Source of the DNA: Ignavibacteriales bacterium
GTDB taxonomy: Bacteria > Bacteroidota > Ignavibacteria > UBA10030 > SZUA-254
Assembly: GCA_016214905.1 (NCBI GenBank)
Contig: JACRMQ010000007.1
Span: 328,965 to 392,964, forward strand
DNA length: 64,000 nt
Reading direction: 5' to 3'
Position 1 is the stretch's first letter. The number at the start of each line of letters is the position of its first letter. A model generated the notes under the pieces. That model saw only the letters and a list, made by a program, of their open reading frames with translations, ran no database searches and was not told the DNA's origin. Positions 52,969-61,573 of the stretch are shown here, one piece after another. The position numbers and the translations under genes are program-made.

Positions 52969-53862
52969 TTACAACTTGCCGTATCTTTTGGAATAGATAT
53001 ACCGTAACCAGCGAGTGAAGAATTCGTTTCCTTCTTCCCGCCAAACATTTTCAGGATTGTTCGTATTGAAATTTGCAGGATTGCTTACCAATCCTTTTTG
53101 CAAATCGCGGTAATGTTCAAAAACTATCCGGTCGGTATCGTATTCGTGATGTCCGAGGTGACCTATAAACCGGTGATCGGACGATTCAAAAATGAAATGC
53201 CCGCCTTTTTCGGAATAAGCCAGAGGATTTATTGTTCCGGAGTTTACCGCCAAGCGGAACTCGCTTTCGTTAAGGCCGGCATATCTACTTTGAGGACAAT
53301 AAAAATTCTCTCCCAGCCCTCCGGTTACAGGATGATTGCGATTTAAATTTTTTGAACGATAAACACCAAATAATTTTTTCGTGTAATTAATTTTTTCTAC
53401 TCCAAAGTATTTTGCAATTGCAAGTCCGCCCCAGCAAATTCCAAATGTGCTGGCTATGTTGACGCGTGCATATTCAAAAATTTCCAGCAACTCATTCCAG
53501 TAAGTAACCGATTCGAACGGGATCGTTTCAACCGGAGCGCCGGTTATAATCAATCCGTCTAACGGTTCGTTTTTAATTGTTTCCTCAAACGTCAGATACC
53601 ATTTTTTGATATGATCTTTATCGCTGCTTTTGTAGTTATGATTTGTCGCTCTTATCCATATCGGAATAACGGCGATATCCGATCTTCCAATTGAACGTAA
53701 AATACTGAACTCATACTTCTCTGCTTCGGGCATGACGTTGAATATGCCGATGCGTAGAGTGTGTTTATCGTATGCTTTTATGATTTGTTTTTCAATGCAA
53801 GTAATTCCGTGCTCACGCAATGAGGCTGTGATGGGATAATTGTTTGATAATATTAATGCCAT
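52969..53862 (-). CDS. metA: Homoserine O-acyltransferase (MetA family, probably acetyl-CoA specific)
   Basis: NVMP, DGLIITGAPVE, GICWG, PQSRY, GHHEY; start at ATG 53862. Confidence 0.9.
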   Translation of the reverse strand: MALILSNNYPITASLREHGITCIEKQIIKAYDKHTLRIGIFNVMPEAEKYEFSILRSIGRSDIAVIPIWIRATNHNYKSSDKDHIKKWYLTFEETIKNEPLDGLIITGAPVETIPFESVTYWNELLEIFEYARVNIASTFGICWGGLAIAKYFGVEKINYTKKLFGVYRSKNLNRNHPVTGGLGENFYCPQSRYAGLNESEFRLAVNSGTINPLAYSEKGGHFIFESSDHRFIGHLGHHEYDTDRIVFEHYRDLQKGLVSNPANFNTNNPENVWREEGNEFFTRWLRYIYSKRYGKL

Positions 53863-53954
53863 AGAAATAATATAGTATCTATTTTTGAAAATCCAATCCT
53901 TGGAAATCTCCTCAAAAATCCCGAAATTGATACACTTATTCATAAAAATCGCAA

Positions 53955-56303
53955 ATGAAACACAAAATAATTGGTAAGGGAGAACGCAGAGTAGATGCAA
54001 TCGGTAAAGTAACCGGCGCGGCGAAGTACGCCGAGGACTTTAACGTCATGCATCAATTGTACGGCAAAGTACTGCGCGCGAAACATCCTCACGCCAAAAT
54101 TCTGAAGATCGATACATCGAAGGCGCAAAAAATAGATGGTGTTGAGGCGATTCTTACCGCAAACGATATTCCGGGCGACAAAGTTTTCGGCGTCGTCGTT
54201 AGAAATCAAGCAATACTCGCTCACGATAAAGTCAGATATCTCGGTGATGGTGTAGCGCTGGTTGCGGCAAAAACAAAAGAGATAGCCGAACAAGCCGTAT
54301 CATTAATCGAAGTCGAATATGATCCCTTGCCGGTAATTTCGGATTCCGAAGAAGCGCTCAAACCTGAATCAATAAAAATTCATGGAGATGATAATCAGTT
54401 CGTTCATCATCATGTAACAAAAGGAGATATTGAGAAAGGTTTTACCGAAGCGGATTTTATAATCGAGAAAAAATTCAAAACACAATTTATAGAACACTCA
54501 GCAATTGAACCTGAAGCAGTATTGGCAGAACCTTTAGAGCATGGCGGTGTGAGAGTTACAGGTTCGGTGCAAAATTTATTTTCAAGCAGACGCTCGGTTG
54601 CATCTGCTCTCAAACTCGATCTGAACAAAGTTCAGATAATTCAATCAACACTCGGCGGTTCATTCGGCGGGAAGGATGAAGTAATGACGGCGATGTGCTG
54701 TCGTGCCGCTTTACTCTGTATGAAAACGGGTAAGCCCGTGAAGATGGTCAATACACGTGAAGAGTCGATGATAGAAAGTTACAAACGGCATCCGTACGTT
54801 CTCTATTATAAATGGGGCTGTAAGAAGAATGGTTCGATAACCGCGATGGAAATAAAATGTATTGCAGATGGCGGTGCGTATGCTTCGATGAGTCCGTTTG
54901 TAACGTGGCGCTCGGTAGTGCAGGCGACAGGTCCGTACTATTGCGAGAATGTTAAGACAGATGTTTATGCGGTTTACACAAACAATAATTATACAGGCGC
55001 GATGCGCGGCTTCGGTTCACCGCAGGTGAACTTCGCTATTGAATCGATGATGGATGAACTTGCCGAAAAAGTTGGAAAAGATCCTTTCGAGATTCGTTTA
55101 CAAAATGGATTTGAAACCGGCGCTGTTACTGCAACAGGACAGAAGCTTGATCATCGTGTAAGTTTGAAAGAAGTTTTGACTAAATCTGCAGAAGCGGCTG
55201 ATTTTCTGAATAAATGGAATCAATATCGCACACCATCAACAACTTCGAAGCGCAAAGGCATCGGGCTTGCATGCAGTTATCGCGGTGTTTCGCTCGGTGC
55301 TGAAGGAACCGATGCCGCCGGTACAATTGTGTCGGTTCAAACTGATGGCAGCGTGATTGTCTCATCCGGTATTACAGATATGGGACAGGGAGCGCAGACT
55401 CAGATGTCTCAGATTGCCGCTGAAGTTCTTGGCATAACGATGGATAGAATCCAATTTTTGAATACGAACACGAGTCGTGTTCCGGATTCCGGACCAACTG
55501 TTGCATCGCGCGGTACAATCATGGGCGGCGCTGCGGCGAAGAAGGGTGCCGAAATTGTTCGTGCATTTCTGATGAAAACTGCATCCGAAATGACGGGGCT
55601 TGATGTTATGTCGCTGGATTTGAAAGACAATTATCTTATTGATACCAACAACGGTGAACGACTTGCATCATTCAATGAAATTGCTGCGGAATGTTTTAAT
55701 AAAGGCAGGCCTATGTACGGATTCGGCTGGCATAAGTCGCCGCAAACTTCTTGGGATGAACATCACGGTCATGGTGAAGCGTATTTCACTTTCGTTTACG
55801 GAGCTAACATTGCCGAAGTGGAAGTGGATACCGAAACAGGTAAAGTTGATGTTCTGAATTTTGTTTCTTGTCATGATGTTGGCAAAGCAATCAACCGCAA
55901 TTCAGTTCTCGGACAATTTTACGGCGGTGTTGCGATGGGACTCGGTTACGGATTGATGGAGGAATTCGATTTTGAAGATTCAATTCCGAAACAATTGAAC
56001 TTTGACGAATATTTAATTCCAACATCGATGGATGTTCCGAATATCATACCGATAATTGTTGAGAATGATGATGCCGCCGGACCTTTCGGTGCAAAGTCAA
56101 TCGGTGAACCGTCGAATGAATTAGCTGCACCTGCAATCATAAATGCAATTTACAACGCGACAGGAAAACGCATTTATGAAATTCCTGCAACTCTCGAAAG
56201 AGTTCTGCTCGGACATAAGCTCACGAGAAAAGGGGAACGTGGTTCAGCGAAGAAGGAAGAAGTTTTGTCAGATTCATGCAAGATTAGACCGGAGGGAAGA
56301 TGA
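53955..56303 (+). CDS. Xanthine dehydrogenase-family molybdopterin subunit (three-subunit type)
   Basis: RVDAIGKVTG, GGSFGGKD, GAMRGFGSPQ, DMGQG, GPFGAKSIGE. Confidence 0.93.
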   Translation: MKHKIIGKGERRVDAIGKVTGAAKYAEDFNVMHQLYGKVLRAKHPHAKILKIDTSKAQKIDGVEAILTANDIPGDKVFGVVVRNQAILAHDKVRYLGDGVALVAAKTKEIAEQAVSLIEVEYDPLPVISDSEEALKPESIKIHGDDNQFVHHHVTKGDIEKGFTEADFIIEKKFKTQFIEHSAIEPEAVLAEPLEHGGVRVTGSVQNLFSSRRSVASALKLDLNKVQIIQSTLGGSFGGKDEVMTAMCCRAALLCMKTGKPVKMVNTREESMIESYKRHPYVLYYKWGCKKNGSITAMEIKCIADGGAYASMSPFVTWRSVVQATGPYYCENVKTDVYAVYTNNNYTGAMRGFGSPQVNFAIESMMDELAEKVGKDPFEIRLQNGFETGAVTATGQKLDHRVSLKEVLTKSAEAADFLNKWNQYRTPSTTSKRKGIGLACSYRGVSLGAEGTDAAGTIVSVQTDGSVIVSSGITDMGQGAQTQMSQIAAEVLGITMDRIQFLNTNTSRVPDSGPTVASRGTIMGGAAAKKGAEIVRAFLMKTASEMTGLDVMSLDLKDNYLIDTNNGERLASFNEIAAECFNKGRPMYGFGWHKSPQTSWDEHHGHGEAYFTFVYGANIAEVEVDTETGKVDVLNFVSCHDVGKAINRNSVLGQFYGGVAMGLGYGLMEEFDFEDSIPKQLNFDEYLIPTSMDVPNIIPIIVENDDAAGPFGAKSIGEPSNELAAPAIINAIYNATGKRIYEIPATLERVLLGHKLTRKGERGSAKKEEVLSDSCKIRPEGR

Positions 56304-57220
56304 AACCTTTCGAGTACAAAGCGGTTAACTCAGTCGAAGAAGCGTGTTCGGTTTTAGCTGAATATGGTTCAGATGCGCGCATACTTGCCGGCGGTACAGA
56401 CTTGCTCATCGAATTTCGCAAACAAAATGTTAGAACTCCAAAAGTTGTTATCGATATTTCGTTCATAAAAGAAATACACAGTATCGAATCTCCGAATGGA
56501 ACAATTATCATTAGACCTTTAGTCACGCATTCAGAGATCGTAAATTCAAAAGTTGTCCAACAATATGCTTCGCTTCTTACGAGTGCTGCATTGGTTATCG
56601 GTTCACCTCAGATTAGAAACAGGGGAACTGTCGGTGGCAATATCATGAATGCTGCCACATGTGCAGATACGGTTCCGCCATTAATCGCTCTTGGAGCGAA
56701 AGTAACACTAGAATCTAAAGCTGGTTCGAGACAGCTCGATCTTTCTGATCTATTCATCAAGCCGTATCAAACAAAAGCTAAACACGAAGAAATCCTAACT
56801 GAAATTCATTTTACAAAACTTCCACCAAATGCTAAAAGTTCTTTCATAAAACTTGGAAGAAGGAATGCTCTGGCAATTTCACGCTTGAGTGTTGCCGCGA
56901 TTTTAACTCAAGATAAGAACGGAAAAATTACAGATGCCCGAATAGTTCCCGGTGCAGCACTTCCGGTATGGAAACGAGTTACCGAAGCTGAGAAAATATT
57001 GATCGGCGAAAAACCATCAATAGAATTATTCACAGCTGCGGGACAAAAAGTATCTGAAGTTCTGATTTCACATACAGGCAGGCGCTGGTCGACGGAATAT
57101 AAAGAACCGGTAATTGCAGTATTGGTGAGGAGAGCGTTGGAGCAATGTACCCTCACCCCCAACCCCTCTCCCAAATTGGGCGAGGGGAGTTCCGATTTAT
57201 CGGAACTGGGAGAGGGTTAA
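56300..57220 (+). CDS. Xanthine dehydrogenase-family FAD-binding subunit
   Basis: LAGGTDL, GSPQIRNRGTVGGN, KLGRRNALAIS; ATGA overlap with the previous gene. Confidence 0.93.
   Translation: MKPFEYKAVNSVEEACSVLAEYGSDARILAGGTDLLIEFRKQNVRTPKVVIDISFIKEIHSIESPNGTIIIRPLVTHSEIVNSKVVQQYASLLTSAALVIGSPQIRNRGTVGGNIMNAATCADTVPPLIALGAKVTLESKAGSRQLDLSDLFIKPYQTKAKHEEILTEIHFTKLPPNAKSSFIKLGRRNALAISRLSVAAILTQDKNGKITDARIVPGAALPVWKRVTEAEKILIGEKPSIELFTAAGQKVSEVLISHTGRRWSTEYKEPVIAVLVRRALEQCTLTPNPSPKLGEGSSDLSELGEG
57149..57217. repeat. REP-like multi-hairpin element (ACCCTCACCC...GGGAGAGGGT), copy 1, inside CDS 3' end
   Basis: Outer inverted repeat plus inner hairpins CCCCTCTCCCAA/TTGGGCGAGGGG and AGTTCCGAT/ATCGGAACT. 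Confidence 0.9.
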
Positions 57221-57232
57221 ATGGAGATTATC

Positions 57233-57697
57233 ATGAAGAAATTTACAATCAAGACAATCGTAAACAATCGTAAATACGAATTTTCCGTTTCCCAAAATCA
57301 AACCCTGCTACATTTTCTCCGCGAAGAATTAGGACTAACCGGAACAAAATGCGGCTGCGAAATCGGTGAGTGTGGCGCTTGCACAGTTTTACTCAACGGT
57401 GAAGCGGTGAATTCCTGTCTCGTGCTTGTTCCACAAATCGATGGAAAAGAAATCGTTACGGTGGAAGGATTGTCGATCAACGGCAAACTTCATCCCCTAC
57501 AAGAAACGTTTATGAATCATGATGCAGTTCACTGTGGTTTCTGTACGCCTGGAATGTTGATGAGCGCAAAAGCGTTGCTTGATAAAAATCCCAAAGCAGG
57601 CGAAAAAGAAATTCGGACCGCAATTTCCGGAAATCTTTGTCGATGCACCGGTTATGTACAAATTGTTGAGGCGATCAATGATGCTTCAGAAAAATAA
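57233..57697 (+). CDS. Xanthine dehydrogenase-family [2Fe-2S] subunit
   Basis: GTKCGCEIGECGACTV, HCGFCTPG, GNLCRCTGY; GGAG precedes ATG 57233 (alternative start 57221). Confidence 0.95.
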   Translation: MKKFTIKTIVNNRKYEFSVSQNQTLLHFLREELGLTGTKCGCEIGECGACTVLLNGEAVNSCLVLVPQIDGKEIVTVEGLSINGKLHPLQETFMNHDAVHCGFCTPGMLMSAKALLDKNPKAGEKEIRTAISGNLCRCTGYVQIVEAINDASEK

Positions 57698-57701
57698 AAA
57701 A

Positions 57702-58916
57702 ATGAAAAACGTACTAACAATAATATTAATCTTGTGCTTTACATTTCCGCTCTTTGCACAAGAAATAGATCCGACAGTTGCCGCGGTTATAAACAATGTC
57801 AATGCTGATTCGTTGACATATTTTGTTTCTGAGCTATCCGGGGAAATTCCTGTAACTGTAAACGACACACAGTATACAATTGCCTCACGCTACGATACTG
57901 CTTCGGGAAATGCAATTGCCGCGCTTTACATCAATCAGAAATTGCAAAGTTACGGATTAAATCCACAATTTCAAGACTTCCCTTCCGGCGGAAGGAATGT
58001 TTTTGCCGTTCAAACCGGTATCGATCATCCCGGTCAAATGTATATTATCTGCGCTCATTATGATGATATGCCTAGAGGTACTGTTGCCCCCGGGGCAGAC
58101 GATAACGCCAGCGGTACTGCCGCTGTTATTGAAGCGGCAAGAATTCTCAGCAAGTATCAAACATCTTACACAATTCTTTATGCTCTTTGGGATAGAGAAG
58201 AACAGGGACTTCTGGGAAGTGAATATTATTCAAATCTTGCGTCGGCAAAGGGTGATACAATTCTTGGTGTGATCAATCTTGATATGATTTCATGGGACAG
58301 TAATGACGACATGGCTATGGATATTCACACATCATCGACAGGCAATTCATTAAAGTTAACAGATACCGTTCTTTTTGTAAACACAACTTACAACATCGGA
58401 GTGTTGCCAGTGGTAAAAAATCCTGGCAGCGAAGCAAGTGATCATGCTTCTTTCTGGGTGAATAATTATAGTGCAATAATGTTGATTGAATCTTTTTCCG
58501 ATTTCAATCTTTACTATCATAAAACAAGTGATTTATTAAGCGCATTCAATAATGCGTTCTATTATAGAATGTCTAAATTAGCATTAGGTACTATTGCAAC
58601 TCTCACTGGTGTCCGTGAAGCAACTCGAGTCTCGGTTACAGAAGGGACTATTTCTAATTACATCTTAAGTCAAAATTACCCGAATCCATTTAATCCGGTG
58701 ACAACCATCGATTACCGGTTATCGTCTTTGACATCCGTAATGCTTGAGGTGTTTGATATGCTCGGTCGGCGGGTAGCAATTCTTGTTGACGATATACAAC
58801 CTGCCGGGAAACATACTGCAATATGGAATGCTTCTGATTGTTCTTCCGGAATGTATGTTTACAGGTTGAGGGCAGGAGATTATTCGCAAATGAAAATAAT
58901 GGCATTAATTAAGTAA
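57702..58916 (+). CDS. M28 family peptidase with T9SS-type C-terminal sorting domain
   Basis: Signal peptide, AHYD, GADDNASG, EEQGLLGS, NLDMI, SDHASF, YHKTSD, QNYPNPFNP...SGMYVY. Confidence 0.93.
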   Translation: MKNVLTIILILCFTFPLFAQEIDPTVAAVINNVNADSLTYFVSELSGEIPVTVNDTQYTIASRYDTASGNAIAALYINQKLQSYGLNPQFQDFPSGGRNVFAVQTGIDHPGQMYIICAHYDDMPRGTVAPGADDNASGTAAVIEAARILSKYQTSYTILYALWDREEQGLLGSEYYSNLASAKGDTILGVINLDMISWDSNDDMAMDIHTSSTGNSLKLTDTVLFVNTTYNIGVLPVVKNPGSEASDHASFWVNNYSAIMLIESFSDFNLYYHKTSDLLSAFNNAFYYRMSKLALGTIATLTGVREATRVSVTEGTISNYILSQNYPNPFNPVTTIDYRLSSLTSVMLEVFDMLGRRVAILVDDIQPAGKHTAIWNASDCSSGMYVYRLRAGDYSQMKIMALIK

Positions 58917-58940
58917 TTGAATTCAAACATTTCAATAACA

Positions 58941-58993
58941 CAATCAACAAATCACAAATGACAACTGATCAATCGCAAATGACTAATCAACAA
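58941..58993 (+). repeat. 7-mer array (CAAAT[CG]A) spanning the preT-like start codon
   Basis: CAAATCA CAAATGA CAACTGA TCAATCG CAAATGA CTAATCA. Confidence 0.75.
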
Positions 58994-60238
58994 GCCGGTG
59001 TAGAAGCAGAGAGATGTTTGCAATGTTTCGATGCGCCTTGTGTGCATGCATGTCCCACACATATTCAAATTCCGACTTTCATCTCGATGATTAAATCCGG
59101 TAACATACGCGGTGCTGCGGAAGTTGTAAAAACTTCAAACGCTATGGCAAATGTTTGCGGAAAAATTTGCCCCGAAGAAGTTTATTGTCAGTCTGTATGC
59201 AACCGTGCGAAAGAAGATACGCCAATTCAAATTCGTGAACTTCATTTCTTCGCGACACAATCAGAAGCACGTAAGAAGTTTAGCGAACTGAAGCCATTTC
59301 CCAAATCAGGTAAACAAGTTGCCGTTATAGGTGGAGGACCAACGGGAATCGGATGTGCGTTTGAGCTTTCAAAATTTGGGTACAAAGTTACCTTGTTCGA
59401 TGAAAAAGGAATGGGTGGAGTTCCGAAGAGCAGCATTCCGTTATTTCGTTTGACTGAAAGTGAGTTACAAGATGATTTAAAATTTTTATCAACACATTTT
59501 TCTGTGAAGAAAGAAAAAATAACCGATGCGAAGTTCAGCCAGCTTAAAAATAAATTTGATGCAATTTATTTAGGTATCGGACTTGGTAAAGACAGATCTC
59601 TAGGATTGAAGGGTGAAAATTTGAGAGGAGTTTATCTTGTTCTGGAGTTCCTTGAAACAGCAAAAGTAAAACAGAAGAAAATGTCTATTGGTAAAAAGGT
59701 AGTAGTTGTCGGCGGCGGAAACGTTTCACTTGATGCAGCGGCAACCGCCAAACGGCTCGGCGCTTCAGAAGTCATTTTGATTTACAGGAGAAGTGAATCT
59801 GAGATGAAGGTTTGGAAGAGCGAGCTCGAAGAAGCAAGGAAACAAGGTGTTGAAATCCGCTTCCTGACAAATCCTATTGAAATTATTGGAACGAAAAGAG
59901 TTTCGGGCATTAAATGCAGACGTACAACACTTTCGAAAAAGAAAGATGAATCTGGCCGCCTCATTCCGGTTGAAGTGAAAGGATCCGATTTCATACTTGA
60001 AGCTGATACAGTTATAATCGCCATCGGACAATCGATTGGTTCTGATATTGTCAACCGGTTCAAACGTAACAGCAAGGGATTTATTGCTGTCGATAAAAAT
60101 TATCAAACATCCATGAAATCTTTTTTTGCCGGAGGTGATGCGATATCAGGCGAAGGGACAATCGTACAATCGGTAGCACATGGTAAACAGGCGGCACATG
60201 CTATTCATAAATCTTTATCAATTAAAAAGTCAAAATGA
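58958..60238 (+). CDS. preT: PreT/GltD-like NAD(P)-dependent Fe-S flavoprotein
   Basis: EAERCLQCFDAPCVHACP, CGKICP...CQSVC, GGGPTG, GGGNVSLD, YRRS, AGGD. Confidence 0.85.
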   Translation: MTTDQSQMTNQQAGVEAERCLQCFDAPCVHACPTHIQIPTFISMIKSGNIRGAAEVVKTSNAMANVCGKICPEEVYCQSVCNRAKEDTPIQIRELHFFATQSEARKKFSELKPFPKSGKQVAVIGGGPTGIGCAFELSKFGYKVTLFDEKGMGGVPKSSIPLFRLTESELQDDLKFLSTHFSVKKEKITDAKFSQLKNKFDAIYLGIGLGKDRSLGLKGENLRGVYLVLEFLETAKVKQKKMSIGKKVVVVGGGNVSLDAAATAKRLGASEVILIYRRSESEMKVWKSELEEARKQGVEIRFLTNPIEIIGTKRVSGIKCRRTTLSKKKDESGRLIPVEVKGSDFILEADTVIIAIGQSIGSDIVNRFKRNSKGFIAVDKNYQTSMKSFFAGGDAISGEGTIVQSVAHGKQAAHAIHKSLSIKKSK

Positions 60239-60247
60239 AAAAGTCAA
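60220..60247 (+). repeat. 14-nt direct repeat (7-mer pairs) carrying the preT/preA ATGA overlap
   Basis: AATTAAA AAGTCAA AATGAAA AAGTCAA. Confidence 0.65.
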
Positions 60248-61488
60248 AAAAGATTATCGAACAAGTTTATAAAGAAATCCCTATCTACTCGCAGCGCGAT
60301 TTATCGTACGATTTTCTTGGACTTCACTGGGAAAACCCATTTATACTTGCCGCAGCTCCATCGACGGATGATTTAGAAATAGTCAGTAGGGGTTTAAGGA
60401 TGGGGTGGGCGGGAGCAATTCTTAAGACTACTTCAATCGAAGGGAATGTAGTTGATCTTGTATATCCGATGATGAGTACATTCAATCATGATGGAAAGAA
60501 ACTCTTCGGCATGGGCAATATCGATTTGATTTCGGAACATCATATTGATAAGGTTGAGTATAATGTCAGAAAGTTGAAGAAAGAATTTCCAGGAAAAATT
60601 ATTGCCGCAAGTATCATGGCTGGAAGAAAAGAAGACTGGCAACGATTAGTTGAGCGATTGGAGAAAGCAGGAGTCGATTTCATCGAGTGCAGCTTCTCGT
60701 GCCCGCAGGGAAACATCGGCGAAGATCCGGGAAAGATGCTGGCTCAAAGTATCAGCGCAACTGAGTTGACTGCAAAGTGGGTGAAGGAAGCGGCACGAAG
60801 AGTTCCTGTCTCTATTAAAATTACACCTCACGTTACAGATATTGTGGATGTAGCTAAAGCGGTGAAGCGAAGCGGAGCTGATGCGTTGACTGCGGCTAAT
60901 TCGCTTCAGGCATTGATGGGTGTTGATATTAGAACCTTTGTTCCATATCCGCAATTAAATGGTAAATCTACTTACAGCGGAATGACAGGTCCGGCAATTA
61001 AACCGCTGACTCTGCGAACAATTTCCGAGATTGCCCGCAATGTTGATATTCCTATTCTCGGTACCGGCGGAGCTTCAACATGGAGCGATGCAGTAGAGTT
61101 CCTGGCGGTTGGCGCTGGTGTTGTTCAGTATTGTACGGCGGTGATGCACTACGGATTCCGTATCATTGACGATTTGAAGAGCGGTATGTCTCATTATCTC
61201 GATGAGATGAAATTCAAATCAGTTATGGATATTTACAGAAAAGCATTGCCGCATATTGCCACTCATGATGAATTGCCGCGCAGGAAGATTCGCAGTCATA
61301 TTAACGAAGCAACATGCATCCAGTGCGAAGCATGTTACCTTGCCTGCCGCGATGGCGGACATATGGCAATAGACCGCAAACCAAACCGCATCCCAAAAGT
61401 TGATTGGGAGAGATGCGTTGGCTGCGGATTGTGTGAACATGTTTGTCCGGTGGATGGGTGTATTGAGATGAAAGTATTTAACCACTGA
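60235..61488 (+). CDS. preA: PreA-like dihydropyrimidine dehydrogenase FMN subunit with C-terminal 2[4Fe-4S]
   Basis: NPFILAAAP, GWAGAILKT, NIDLISE, ECSFSCPQ, GPAIKP, CIQCEAC...CVGCGLC. Confidence 0.85.
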   Translation: MKKSKKIIEQVYKEIPIYSQRDLSYDFLGLHWENPFILAAAPSTDDLEIVSRGLRMGWAGAILKTTSIEGNVVDLVYPMMSTFNHDGKKLFGMGNIDLISEHHIDKVEYNVRKLKKEFPGKIIAASIMAGRKEDWQRLVERLEKAGVDFIECSFSCPQGNIGEDPGKMLAQSISATELTAKWVKEAARRVPVSIKITPHVTDIVDVAKAVKRSGADALTAANSLQALMGVDIRTFVPYPQLNGKSTYSGMTGPAIKPLTLRTISEIARNVDIPILGTGGASTWSDAVEFLAVGAGVVQYCTAVMHYGFRIIDDLKSGMSHYLDEMKFKSVMDIYRKALPHIATHDELPRRKIRSHINEATCIQCEACYLACRDGGHMAIDRKPNRIPKVDWERCVGCGLCEHVCPVDGCIEMKVFNH

Positions 61489-61556
61489 TTTGCACGGATG
61501 AACACAGATAAGCGATCGGTGAGAATCCGTGTTGTTTCAGTGTCATCTGTGGTAAA
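61478..61556. repeat. Inverted array of 9/10-mers, copy B
   Basis: TTAAC CACTGATTTG CACGGATGAA CACAGATAA ... ATCGGTGAGA ATCCGTG ... CAGTGTCATCTGTGGTAAA; same ends as copy A. Confidence 0.85.
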
Positions 61557-61573
61557 ATAACTAGGAAAAACAT

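Noticed and set aside
53863..54000. Extended metA N-terminus overlapping the XDH gene
   Set aside because: It would overlap the divergent gene; ATG 53862 fits the family length and leaves room for promoters.
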